Shown here: positions 10,163 to 19,628 of the stretch, piece after piece
Layout of the letters: each line of letters opens with the position of its first letter
How positions within the stretch are numbered: position 1 is the first letter of the stretch
Source: Kiritimatiellia bacterium
Lineage (GTDB): Bacteria > Verrucomicrobiota > Kiritimatiellia > RFP12 > UBA1067
DNA length: 64,000 bases
Assembly (NCBI GenBank): GCA_050949565.1
Contig: JBMNFY010000007.1
Location: 64,001 to 128,000 of the forward strand
Reading direction: 5' to 3'
Position numbers and translations under genes: made by a program
The notes under the pieces: generated by a model
The model's database searches: none
Seen by the model: only the letters and a program-made list of their open reading frames with translations
Told to the model about the DNA's origin: nothing

Positions 10163-10926
10163 AAAACGAGAGTAAGAACGCATTGCAACAGGTCTTTCGG
10201 CGGTCACGAGTCTTTCTGCCCGTCATTCACCCCGGCACGAAAAAGAGTGCTCTACAGAGCATTGACACGGCTGTCCGGTCTGGAGCGGATGGCATATTCT
10301 TGTTCAATCAAGGGATGTCTTCCGCCCAAGTTCTCGACTTCATCCCGCAAGTGTATCAACGGCACCCGAACCTTTGGATTGGGGTGAATCTGCTCGGAAC
10401 AGAGCCGGAAGAGGTCATTGGTCTCGTCGCCGGTCTTCCGGTGGGCGGCATCTGGTCAGACAATGCTAAGATTGACGAGATGTCCGATGCGCAGCCCGCC
10501 GGAGAACAGTTCCGGCAAGCACGCAACAAGGCCGGATGGAAAGGGCTTTACTTCGGAGGAGTCGCATTCAAGTACCAGCGAGAAGTGGATGCCGCCCTGT
10601 TGCCTGAAGCGGCCAGAAAGGCAAGCCCCTGGATGGACGTAATTACATCGAGTGGCCCGGGGACCGGATACGCCGCGACGGTAGAGAAGGCAAGGGCCTT
10701 GCGATCTGGGGCCGGGACGCATCCGTTGGCCCTTGCCAGCGGCGTGAGCCCAGAGAATGTAGACGGTTTTCTGCCGTATGTGGATGCCTATTTGGTTGCA
10801 TCTGAAATCGAGACAGCGAAGTACTCCGGCATTCTGGTGCCCGAGCGGACAAAGTTGCTGGCTAAAAAAATTCATGGATGGGAGCGGCAGGGGTGCGTCG
10901 AACCAGCAGGCACAGGAGACGTTTAA
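10159..10926 (+). CDS. BtpA/SgcQ-like TIM-barrel protein
   Basis: LPVIH, GADGIFL, WIGVNLL, GGVAFKYQ, DVITSSGPGTG, LASGVSPEN, LVAS. Confidence 0.7.
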   Translation: MKNESKNALQQVFRRSRVFLPVIHPGTKKSALQSIDTAVRSGADGIFLFNQGMSSAQVLDFIPQVYQRHPNLWIGVNLLGTEPEEVIGLVAGLPVGGIWSDNAKIDEMSDAQPAGEQFRQARNKAGWKGLYFGGVAFKYQREVDAALLPEAARKASPWMDVITSSGPGTGYAATVEKARALRSGAGTHPLALASGVSPENVDGFLPYVDAYLVASEIETAKYSGILVPERTKLLAKKIHGWERQGCVEPAGTGDV

Positions 10927-11122
10927 CAGCGCACCTGCCCCATACCGGTTACAGGCAGATAATCAACCATGATGCATATTCATGGCAGCGGATCGTGCGG
11001 ACAAGACGGGGGGATGGCGAGCGAATGAATCAGCCGTGTGGTTCTTTGACGAGGCGATGCGCCGTGGCCTTGTGCCCCAAGAGACCGTTTTTGACGTACC
11101 GGAAGCAACTGCTTGCCTATAA

Positions 11123-11215
11123 CTTGAGCGTTAAAAGTTGAGCGGTGAGCGTTAAACGTTTTTTAACTCAGAACGCTGAACGTCGAACTCTGAACTCTGA
11201 ACTCTGAAGTCGAAA
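11123..11215. repeat. Opposed heptamer microsatellite arrays (TTGAGCG-type / AACTCTG-type)
   Basis: ttgagcg ttaaaag ttgagcg gtgagcg ttaaacg then aacgctg aacgtcg aactctg x3. Confidence 0.75.
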
Positions 11216-11333
11216 ACACAATAAAGTGTGCGCTTGCTTATAGCCGTCAGAGCGAATACCACCTGGATGCGCGTGGGGGCTACCCGCCTTCGTGAGGTAG
11301 GCTAGGTAGTGCTGTTTGGTAGAGGAGATGAGA

Positions 11334-11894
11334 ATGGAACAACTCGACTTCAATGAGAAAACCGGCAAGCAGAAGTTTCTTGATGTTCTGTGCTGGATTG
11401 TGGCGTTACCTGCTTCTGTTCTTGGTTGTGTCATTGCGTATTGGATCGTTGTTATCTTAAATAGGCTCACCATAACACGGCATGTTGCTCCATATTCCTT
11501 CATGGAGCGGGTCTTCGAGCAAGGGATTGGTCATGCTACCATGGGAGCAGCCTTCGTCTACATCAGCGTCTGCATCGTGCCCTCATACAAAAAGCAGACA
11601 GGCATCGTCATCGCAGGCATTGCCCTTCTCTTCTCAGGGGCATCCCTGTTGGCTGCCATCATGACTCGGAACTATTGGGCCATATTCGGGGTTGTTTGCA
11701 TGAATGTGGGGTCGATAGGGGTCGCACACGATGTGTTCAAACATGAGACGCAAAAAGAGACTGACGATTCTGTGCAACAAGATGCAGGGCATATTTCTGA
11801 AGGCACCCGTCTGGGAAATATCATCGTTTTTGTGGGGCGCAGTTTGACATTAGACGCTCCGAGTGATTTTGAGAAAAAGCTATGTGTCGTTTAG
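11334..11894 (+). CDS. Hypothetical membrane protein (about 4 TM)
   Basis: GAGGAG RBS, hydrophobic segments, lower GC. Confidence 0.65.
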   Translation: MEQLDFNEKTGKQKFLDVLCWIVALPASVLGCVIAYWIVVILNRLTITRHVAPYSFMERVFEQGIGHATMGAAFVYISVCIVPSYKKQTGIVIAGIALLFSGASLLAAIMTRNYWAIFGVVCMNVGSIGVAHDVFKHETQKETDDSVQQDAGHISEGTRLGNIIVFVGRSLTLDAPSDFEKKLCVV

Positions 11895-11960
11895 CTATCT
11901 TTTGCCTAATGTCAAATCACGCCCATTGCGATAGCCGTCATGCTCGCTGTTGGAGATCGT

Positions 11961-12233
11961 ATGAATGACGCTGTTTTTCAAATCATGCCTCTGGTTATCT
12001 GCCCCATCTTTATGATCGTCGGTATTGCCATTTTTCGGGCGGATCCAAAAAAGCTGCTGTCTTGGGATAGGCGCACCGGCTACCATATTTACAAGAACAA
12101 GCTCAAGTCCACGAACGATGAAGCGAGGGCATTGCGCGCAGCAGGTGATTTCTATAAGTTCTTCGGAGGCTGTTTCTTTCTCTTTTCACTGGTCATGTTA
12201 CTTGTTGCCATTGGTGTTTTGTTCCTGAGATGA
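11961..12233 (+). CDS. Small hypothetical membrane protein (2 TM)
   Basis: GGAG RBS, two hydrophobic helices. Confidence 0.6.
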   Translation: MNDAVFQIMPLVICPIFMIVGIAIFRADPKKLLSWDRRTGYHIYKNKLKSTNDEARALRAAGDFYKFFGGCFFLFSLVMLLVAIGVLFLR

Positions 12234-12254
12234 AGCATGACACAGATGGGGCTC

Positions 12255-12405
12255 GGGCTCTTATCACACGAAGGCACCAAGGACACAAAGGTTTTCCCAT
12301 AACACCCTACACCCCTTAGTGCCTTTGTGCCCTTCGTGTGAGAAACAACTTGTTTTTTATCGCGCTTGTTGAGCCTTACAGCCTCACAGCCTTACGGCCT
12401 GACAA
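12255..12405. repeat. Inverted pair of 9-mer arrays (CACGAAGGC type) plus heptamer array
   Basis: tcacacgaaggcaccaaggacacaaagg ... ccttagtgcctttgtgcccttcgtgtgaga; then ttacagc ctcacagc cttacggc. Confidence 0.75.
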
Positions 12406-12443
12406 GCATTTCAGGTTGCGGGGGGCTCCTGCATTAGATTAAA

Positions 12444-13850
12444 ATGCTCGCCATGACACGGAAAAAAGTGATACGGGGCGTCGCGGTGGTCGTGGCGCTG
12501 GGTGTAGTGGGCAACCTGATTGCCTTTGTGGTCCGGCAGCGTCCGCGGCCGGTGCCTTCCGAACCGGCGGCGGTGCGTACGGCGGCGCTTGCGATTTTGG
12601 ACGCCAAGTGTGCCGCATGCCACGACAGCCGAAAATCGTTGCCTTTCTATGTGAAGCTGCCCGGCCCCGGGAGTCTGATACGTCGCGACGTAAAGGACGG
12701 CCTCCGCCATTGGGATCTTTATGATGTGGGGCATCTCGGCGCCGACGCCACAGAGGCTGAGAAGGCGGCGGAGGAAGTCCCGCTCGGGCGTCTGATTAAA
12801 CTCCGTCGAAACGTGGCGGACGGAACCATGCCGCCGATCCAGTACTGGGCGATCCACTGGGGCACCACCCTGACTGCGAGCGAGCGCCAGATTCTGAACG
12901 CATGGGTCGGTCAAGTGTGGGGCGCGTGGCTCGCCAGTTGGGGCATCGAGAACGGTGCCGACGCGGACGTGCATCCGATTCCGCAGACGATCCCGTTCGA
13001 TGCGGCAAAAGCGGCGATGGGCGAGCTGCTCTATTTCGATACGCGCTTCTCCAAGGACAATACAGTTTCATGCGCGTCGTGCCATGCATTCGAGAAGGGC
13101 GGCACCGACAACCTGCAATTCTCCGTGGGCGTTGGCGGCCTCAAGGGCAATGTGAACGCGCCGACCGTTTTCAACGCGGTTTTCAACATGCGCCAGTTCT
13201 GGGACGGTCGCGCCCGTCACCTCGCGGAGCAGGCTGCTGGACCGCCGCTTAATCCCGTCGAAATGGCCTGTGAGAATTGGGATGAGATTATTGCAAAATT
13301 GGAGCAGGATGCCGCCCTCAAAAAGGCCTTCACCGCGCTCTATCCAGAAGGGTTCAGCGAGGCTACGCTCTGCGGCGCGATCGCGGAGTTCGAGCGGCGG
13401 TTGATCACCCCGGGCTCACGCTTTGACCGCTATCTTGCCGGAGAGAAAAACGCGCTCTCGGAAAAGGAGGTCAAGGGCTACACGGCGTTTCAAACGCATC
13501 GCTGCACCACCTGTCACGCCGGTCCTGCAATGGGTGGCCTCTCCTTTGAATACGCCGACCTGAAAGCGGATTACTTCGCTGGCCGCGAGGTGACTGACGG
13601 TGACCAGGGTTTGGCGGCCTTCAGCAAAAACCCGAAGGATGCCAAACGCTTCAAGGTGCCGATCCTGCGCAACATCGCGCTGACCGCGCCTTATCTGCAT
13701 GACGGCAGCCAGCCCGACCTCAAAGAGACGGTGCGCTCGATGATGAAATATCAGGTTGGCGCTGTCGCGTCAGAAGAGGAACTGGACGCGCTCACCGCGT
13801 TCTTGGGAACACTGACCGGCAACCTGTTCGGCAAGTCGCTCGCGCCGTGA
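12444..13850 (+). CDS. Tri-haem cytochrome c peroxidase (YhjA-like)
   Basis: N-terminal TM anchor; three CXXCH (CAACH, CASCH, CTTCH); NAPTVFN, QFWDGRA, FKVPILRNIALTAPYLHDGS. Confidence 0.9.
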   Translation: MLAMTRKKVIRGVAVVVALGVVGNLIAFVVRQRPRPVPSEPAAVRTAALAILDAKCAACHDSRKSLPFYVKLPGPGSLIRRDVKDGLRHWDLYDVGHLGADATEAEKAAEEVPLGRLIKLRRNVADGTMPPIQYWAIHWGTTLTASERQILNAWVGQVWGAWLASWGIENGADADVHPIPQTIPFDAAKAAMGELLYFDTRFSKDNTVSCASCHAFEKGGTDNLQFSVGVGGLKGNVNAPTVFNAVFNMRQFWDGRARHLAEQAAGPPLNPVEMACENWDEIIAKLEQDAALKKAFTALYPEGFSEATLCGAIAEFERRLITPGSRFDRYLAGEKNALSEKEVKGYTAFQTHRCTTCHAGPAMGGLSFEYADLKADYFAGREVTDGDQGLAAFSKNPKDAKRFKVPILRNIALTAPYLHDGSQPDLKETVRSMMKYQVGAVASEEELDALTAFLGTLTGNLFGKSLAP

Positions 13851-13879
13851 CGCCGCGCCCGCGCGGCGGAAAAAGTTGA

Positions 13880-14170
13880 GGTTTTTTAACGCAGAGACGC
13901 GGAGACGCAGAGGTTTTTACGGGGTGGTGGCGTGACCGCCGTCGGGAGGGGCAAGCGTCTGCTTGCCCGCGGACGAGCAGACGCTCGTCCCTCCCCTCCT
14001 GCGGTCAAAGACAAAAAAGAAAAAATCTGCGCAATCTGTGCAAATCTGCGGATAAAACCAGAAAACCGCAAGACACGTTGTCGCAGGCGAGAACGCCCGC
14101 GTTACCTTCTCACGACCTCCTTTTCACCAGAAACATGACCTTCGCATACCCCTCTCACTAACCGATAACG
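13880..14170 (+). repeat. Mosaic intergenic repeat (AACGCAGAG array, 52-bp hairpin, AATCTGYGC array, GGGCGAGGACGCCC-type hairpin, TTTTCACCAGAAAC..CACTAACCGAT end)
   Basis: Module order shared with 31344-31740; last two modules shared with 45180-45290. Confidence 0.85.
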
Positions 14171-14243
14171 ACTTTTTGATTGATTGCTGTCGATAAGTCG
14201 TTACACTTTGGGCTTGAACAGGTGAAAAAGAGGTTACAATGTC

Positions 14244-15227
14244 ATGCCCGGAAAACCTTTCCAGTCAAAACTGAACCCGCACGAGGATGAGATTTTTGTT
14301 CTGCTGGATGCGGGTTGGAGCTTTCGCCGGGTCGCCGAACAGCTTAACCGCACCCACGGCCTCGGGGTGACGCACAACGCGGTGTTCTCTTTTGTGAAGT
14401 GCCGTCGCAAACGGCGCGGTCCCCGTTTCTTTTTCGAGGGGCTCTCTCCCGATATCCGCGACCACATGCTGAAGCAGATTGCCGCTGTCTGGACGCACGA
14501 CTCTACCGCTATCGAGGGGAACACGTTAACGCTGGGCGACACGGCTAAGATTCTGGAGTTGGGGTTGACCATCAGCGGGAAAAGTCTGCGCGAGCATCAG
14601 GAGGTTTACGGACACGCCCGTGCGATTGATCTGATTTACCGGATGTTACGTCAGCCGGGTATCACCGAAAAGGATCTGTTCGCCTTGCACTGCGCCGTGA
14701 TGCAACTCTCGGCGATAGACGCCCTGAATCCGGTGGGGGCGTGGAAGCAGTCATACAACGGCACTACCGGCGTGGTGAACGGTCAGGTCGTTTTCATGGA
14801 GTACGCCGATCCCTTGGATGTGCCGTACCTGATGAAGCGATGGCTTGAAACATTCAATGCGTCGCTGGATGAAGCGCAACAACCGGAAGAGGCCGTCGGT
14901 GCTTATGTCCGGACACATCTGGGCTTCGTGCGGATCCATCCGTTTTTCGATGGTAACGGACGCGTGGCGCGGCTGGTCGCGAATCTGCCTGTGCTACGTG
15001 CCGGTTATCCGCCCGTCACCGTTCCGCTGGAGCGTCGCGGCGATTACATCGACATCCTGTGGGAGCACGAGAACGCGGTCGGCAAGATCCAGCGTGACGA
15101 TCCGCTTGTGCCGCCGTATCCAGCCATCGAGCGATTTACGGCGTTATTGCAGGCCGAATGGCAGCGGACACTGAAGCCCCTAGAAGAGGCTCGCCGCCGG
15201 GAAGCCGAGAGAAAAAGTAATAGGTAG
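14244..15227 (+). CDS. Fic-domain protein (class II) with N-terminal HTH-like segment
   Basis: HPFFDGNGRVAR catalytic motif; STAIEGN inhibitory motif; WSFRRVAEQLNRTHG HTH-like. Confidence 0.9.
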   Translation: MPGKPFQSKLNPHEDEIFVLLDAGWSFRRVAEQLNRTHGLGVTHNAVFSFVKCRRKRRGPRFFFEGLSPDIRDHMLKQIAAVWTHDSTAIEGNTLTLGDTAKILELGLTISGKSLREHQEVYGHARAIDLIYRMLRQPGITEKDLFALHCAVMQLSAIDALNPVGAWKQSYNGTTGVVNGQVVFMEYADPLDVPYLMKRWLETFNASLDEAQQPEEAVGAYVRTHLGFVRIHPFFDGNGRVARLVANLPVLRAGYPPVTVPLERRGDYIDILWEHENAVGKIQRDDPLVPPYPAIERFTALLQAEWQRTLKPLEEARRREAERKSNR

Positions 15228-15315
15228 TAGGTAATGGGTAATAGGTAAGAAGTAATAGGTAAGAAGTAATAGGTAATAGGTAGTAGGTAATAGGTAATGG
15301 GTAATGGGTAATAGT
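15218..15315 (+). repeat. 14 x 7-bp tandem array (TAATAGG/TAGTAGG/TAATGGG/TAAGAAG)
   Basis: Counted directly; related reverse-complement array at 48893-48945. Confidence 0.95.
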
Positions 15316-15402
15316 GTCCCCAAAAAAACCTCTGCGTCTCTGCGCCTCTGCGTTAAACAAACAACTTTTTTATCGTGCTTGTCGGACCGTAAGGCGCTAA
15401 TC

Positions 15403-16068
15403 TCAATACTCGCTCCTACGGATGTCACGCACTTCGTTGCTGAAGATGTTGATGCGGATGTAGCGGGTCACGTTGTCCTTGACGGCGCGTGCGTAGATAA
15501 ATTTCTGTCCCTCTTTGATCGAAGCGGGGAACGTCACTTTGCCTCGCTTGTCGACCTTGGCGGTGATGTCGGTCTCCACGCCGCCCGGTTGCTTGTAGTA
15601 GAGGCGTGAACCCGGTTTGACATTGAAGGTGACCGTGATGGTCGCCGAGGCCGAGACATCAGTGGAGTCGAACGTGACGTCCACGCCTGCGGCGCGCATG
15701 TTCAGCACCTGACGCCGGTTGGCGGTAAGCATCGCGTCGGGATTGTCGAAGAGCAACTGCGGATGCAGGCGGTCGAGGTCGCTCAGCCGCGCCACGCGGA
15801 AGCGGTATTCGGGATAGGAGACGGTGCCGCTCTTGGTGACCGGCCCGACAGCCACCGCGCGGATCGCGTTGTCCACGCGATCCTGATCGGCGGGGCGCGT
15901 CAACATCTTGAAGCGGTAAGTGCAGGGGATGGATACGGTGGCGTTGCGTGAGCCGCCGAGGCTGGCGCAACCGGCGGAGAGCAGCATCGTTGCGGCCAGC
16001 ACGCATCCAAATGCGCGGGCGAGGAGGGCTGCATGGGGGGGGAGGGTGGTGGGGGCGACAGGGTTCAT
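15403..16068 (-). CDS. Hypothetical lipoprotein
   Basis: Lipobox-like LLSAGC after hydrophobic stretch; AGGA RBS. Confidence 0.7.
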   Translation of the reverse strand: MNPVAPTTLPPHAALLARAFGCVLAATMLLSAGCASLGGSRNATVSIPCTYRFKMLTRPADQDRVDNAIRAVAVGPVTKSGTVSYPEYRFRVARLSDLDRLHPQLLFDNPDAMLTANRRQVLNMRAAGVDVTFDSTDVSASATITVTFNVKPGSRLYYKQPGGVETDITAKVDKRGKVTFPASIKEGQKFIYARAVKDNVTRYIRINIFSNEVRDIRRSEY

Positions 16069-16097
16069 AGGGGATTCCTTGGTTTGGGGGTTAGAGG

Positions 16098-16817
16098 TTA
16101 AAGAAGGTGCTGACCACCGTCGACAAACAGGATCTGACCTGTGGTGGATTCGGCTTCCAGCAGAAAACGTACGGCGGCGGCGACCTGACAAACCGTAGGG
16201 CGCACCGACAACGGAAATTCACCGGCTGCTTCACGCGCAGCCGTGTCTGTCGGCGGCAGAACGGCGCCGGGCGCCACTGCGTTGACGCGCAGGCGCGGCG
16301 CGAAGGCCAGCGCCGCAGAGAGCGTGTACGCTTCAAGCGCTTTCTTTGAGACAAGGTAGGGGACAGCCATCGCGTCGGGCTGCGTGATGCGCTGGTCGAG
16401 CAGATTCACGGCGCAACCGACGGCGTCACGCCGCTTCAGATGGTCGGCGAGCCGCTGCGTCAGCATCATCGGCGCGAGTGCGTTGACGCGCCACTGGTGG
16501 TCGAAGTCGGCGGCTGTCGCGTCTGCCAGCGGCTGACGCGCGAACACTGCGGCGTTGTTGACGAGCGCGTCGATACGACCGGCCTGCGCGAGCGCGGCTG
16601 CGAACACCGCGTCCGGACCGCCCACCGCCGCGAGGTCGCCCGCAACGCGCCAGGCCCGTGCACCGGTGTCGGCAGTCAGCGCAGCGCACAACGCATCGGC
16701 CTCCGCCGTCGCGCGGTGCGCGTGGACGACGACATTCCAGCCTGTGCGGGCCAGCGTTTCTGCGATGCCCCGTCCGATACGACGTGCAGCGCCCGTGATG
16801 AGAATAGTCTGCTTCAT
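16098..16817 (-). CDS. SDR oxidoreductase, pteridine reductase/FolM-like
   Basis: ITGAARRIG, NNAAVF, YLVSK, RVNAVAPG, VDGG. Confidence 0.85.
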   Translation of the reverse strand: MKQTILITGAARRIGRGIAETLARTGWNVVVHAHRATAEADALCAALTADTGARAWRVAGDLAAVGGPDAVFAAALAQAGRIDALVNNAAVFARQPLADATAADFDHQWRVNALAPMMLTQRLADHLKRRDAVGCAVNLLDQRITQPDAMAVPYLVSKKALEAYTLSAALAFAPRLRVNAVAPGAVLPPTDTAAREAAGEFPLSVRPTVCQVAAAVRFLLEAESTTGQILFVDGGQHLL

Positions 16818-16857
16818 GGGATTGACAACTGTCACGGAGCATCATACCTTAATCGCA

Positions 16858-17769
16858 ATGCCCAGTCATGTCAAAAGCGTCAATATGAATGTCGCCGAGC
16901 GCGACTTCAAGTACTATATCTTCGATTGGGACGACAATATCCTGCACATGCCTACGCGCATTCACCTTGAGAAACGTCAGCCCGACGGCTCTTGGCGGCC
17001 GCACAGTGTCTCGACTGCAGCGTTCGCAGTGGTGCGCAATGACCACGAAAATTACCGGCCGCCGGACGGTGTGTGGGAGAATGCCTTTGTCGAATTTCAG
17101 GACACGGCGGGCGAGAGCGAGAGCCGCTTCTTGCACGATACGCGGATCTCGTTGGAGCGGGTCATGGCGGGCGAGATTGCGCCCGGCCCCAGTTTTGAAA
17201 CGCTGCGCGAAACGCTGCGCGAGGGACGGCTGTTTGCAATCGTCACAGCCCGCGGTCATGAGTCGGAGTCGCTCAAGAAAGCGGTGCGCCTCTTTATCGA
17301 TGTGGTGCTGACCGACGCTGAGCGTGAAGAGATGATGGCGAACCTCCGGGGCTACCGCGCCTGTTTTGACGGATGTACGACATTCGGCACGGACGAGGAA
17401 GAGCTGACCTACTACCTGAATCTCAACCGCTACCACGCGGTGACGAACCCCTCGTTCAAACGCTGGATGGCCGCAGCGACAGAGGGCGGCGCTTCGTCGG
17501 GAGATGCCAAGCCGTTTGCGATCCGCGATTTTGTGGAGCATGTGGTAAAGATTCTGTCGCGGACCGGCGCGGAGTCCCTGCGCCGACCGATCAGCGTGGG
17601 TTTTTCTGATGACGATGCCGGGAACGTGCGTGCCGTCGAGCGTTACATTCAGGAGGAGCTGTCACGGCGCTTTCCCGGCATCAAGTTTTGCGTGTATGAT
17701 ACGTCGGATCCGGCTGTGCCGGACGGTCGCAAGGTGACCGTATCAGGCCAGCTCGATTTCGGCTTTTAA
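16858..17769 (+). CDS. HAD-superfamily-like protein of unknown function
   Basis: FDWDDNI (motif I), IVTARGH (motif II), GFSDDD (motif IV); start 16858 or 16885. Confidence 0.7.
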   Translation: MPSHVKSVNMNVAERDFKYYIFDWDDNILHMPTRIHLEKRQPDGSWRPHSVSTAAFAVVRNDHENYRPPDGVWENAFVEFQDTAGESESRFLHDTRISLERVMAGEIAPGPSFETLRETLREGRLFAIVTARGHESESLKKAVRLFIDVVLTDAEREEMMANLRGYRACFDGCTTFGTDEEELTYYLNLNRYHAVTNPSFKRWMAAATEGGASSGDAKPFAIRDFVEHVVKILSRTGAESLRRPISVGFSDDDAGNVRAVERYIQEELSRRFPGIKFCVYDTSDPAVPDGRKVTVSGQLDFGF

Positions 17770-17786
17770 CCCGAAAGGAGGCTGCG

Positions 17787-18401
17787 ATGAAAGTGGTCGC
17801 GTTCAATGGAAGTCCGAACCCAGAAGGAAACACGGCTATCCTGCTCATGAAAGTGCTGTCGCGCGTCGCGCGCGCGGGGATCAACACCGAGTTGGTGCAG
17901 GTCGGCGGCAATAAGATTCAAGGATGCATGGCGTGTTACCAGTGCTTCAAGGCCAAGGACAAGTGCTGTGCGATCACCGATGACATCGTCAATGATTGCA
18001 TCGCCAAAATGATCGAGGCGGATGCCATCGTCATGGGTACGCCCACCTATTTCGCGAACATGACGGCTGAGATGAAGGCGTTGATCGACCGTGCGGGATT
18101 GGTGGCGGTCGCCAACGAACAGCTTTTCGCACGCAAAATCGGTGCGGCGGTGGCGGTCAATCGGCGCGGCGGGGCGGTGCATGCGGTTGACGCTATCAAC
18201 CACATGTTTCTGATGACGCGCATGATCGTGCCAGGCTCGATCTATTGGAATTTCGGCGTGGGGATGCGGCCCGGCGATGTGGAGAACGACACCGAGGCGG
18301 TCGAGAACATGCACGATCTGGGTGAAACCATCGTTTGGCTGGTGAAGAGCCTGTGCCGCGGCGATGGACAGGCGGCGGACGCACAAGGGGGGCTCGTATG
18401 A
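17787..18401 (+). CDS. Iron-sulfur flavoprotein / NADPH-dependent FMN reductase family
   Basis: NGSPNPEGNT, C-x2-C-x2-C..C, GTPTYF. Confidence 0.9.
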   Translation: MKVVAFNGSPNPEGNTAILLMKVLSRVARAGINTELVQVGGNKIQGCMACYQCFKAKDKCCAITDDIVNDCIAKMIEADAIVMGTPTYFANMTAEMKALIDRAGLVAVANEQLFARKIGAAVAVNRRGGAVHAVDAINHMFLMTRMIVPGSIYWNFGVGMRPGDVENDTEAVENMHDLGETIVWLVKSLCRGDGQAADAQGGLV

Positions 18402-19165
18402 ATCGCAGATGTACATGGCTGATGGTCGCGGCGCTTGCCGTTTGTGTGTTGGCGCGCGGCGGCGAAGTCGCCTGTCCGGGTGCATATCCGGGGCATTTGC
18501 AAGGGATTGCCCGCGATGACGATGGCAATCTCTACTGGTCGTTCACGACGTTTCTGATCAAGACCGATGCGTCAGGCACCGAGCGCGCGAAGGTGGCGGT
18601 GCCGAACCACTACGGCGATCTGACGTGGCACGACGGCAAAGTTTACGTGGCGGTCAATTACGGTGCGTTCAACAAAGAGCCGGGTAAGGCGAAGTCGTGG
18701 GTCTGCGTGCATGATGCCAACTCGCTCGCGCTGCTCTCCTCGAATGCCGTGCCAGAGGTGGTACACGGCGCGGGCGGCATGGAGTGGCACGATGGCCGCT
18801 TCTTCATTGTCGGCGGACTGCCGGAAACGCATACCGCCAACTACGTCTACGAGTACTCCGAATCGTTTGAGTTCCGGAAGCGTCACGTCATTGAGAGCGG
18901 CTGGACCCATTTGGGCATCCAGACAGTCTGCCGCGCCAACGACGGCACATGGTGGTTCGGCTGCTACGGCAAACCGGCCGTCACGTTGCGCACCGACGAC
19001 TCGTTCCGCTTCCTCGGCAAGCACGCCTTCAACTGCTCGGTGGGTGTTGCGCGTGCGCCGGACAGCGGCGAGTTACTGGTCGCGAAAAACTTCCGCTCCA
19101 AAGAGGACAAGCGCAACACGGCGACTGTGGCGCCAGTCCCGATCAAGACGATCCTCGCGAAATAA
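18398..19165 (+). CDS. Secreted hypothetical protein (beta-propeller-like)
   Basis: Signal peptide; HLQGIA, HYGDLT, HGAGGME blade-like repeats. Confidence 0.65.
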   Translation: MNRRCTWLMVAALAVCVLARGGEVACPGAYPGHLQGIARDDDGNLYWSFTTFLIKTDASGTERAKVAVPNHYGDLTWHDGKVYVAVNYGAFNKEPGKAKSWVCVHDANSLALLSSNAVPEVVHGAGGMEWHDGRFFIVGGLPETHTANYVYEYSESFEFRKRHVIESGWTHLGIQTVCRANDGTWWFGCYGKPAVTLRTDDSFRFLGKHAFNCSVGVARAPDSGELLVAKNFRSKEDKRNTATVAPVPIKTILAK

Positions 19166-19280
19166 ATAATCGGTTGTTTTTAACGCAGAGGCGCAGAGAC
19201 GCAGAGTTTTTCTACGGTGTAGCGGCGGTGCCGCGCCCCGCGCACTCCAGATTGCCGCGGGACAACGTACCTGTTACCCT

Positions 19281-19312
19281 AAAAAGAGCAGTTGAAGTAT
19301 CAACTGCTCTTT
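19281..19312. terminator. Hairpin, likely bidirectional intrinsic terminator
   Basis: AAAGAGCAGTTGA-AGTA-TCAACTGCTCTTT between convergent transcription units. Confidence 0.65.
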
Positions 19313-19628
19313 GGTTTCTGACATGGCTCGGTTTTTCTATCCACAGATGACAGATGACGCAGATTTTTTGGGGGCATGACTCGGGTTTTTCTCACACGAA
19401 GGCACGAAGGTCACGAAGGTTTTGGATGGCGGGTGTCCTCGCCCGCAAAAAGTTGAGGGTGCGTCTAAATATCTGTCCCTTTGTCGCCAAATTCTATCAT
19501 TCTTTGCCTTTCCACTATTCTATTCCCACCAATTAAATTGGGCTGCGGACTCTGCCGCATTAGCACTTGTTGCGACTACACAGTGGATTGCAACGCGAAC
19601 TCCCTACTACAAAGCGCCCCCTGTCAAT

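Noticed and set aside
15218-15315. CRISPR array
   Set aside because: 7-bp tandem units without unique spacers; no cas genes in the window
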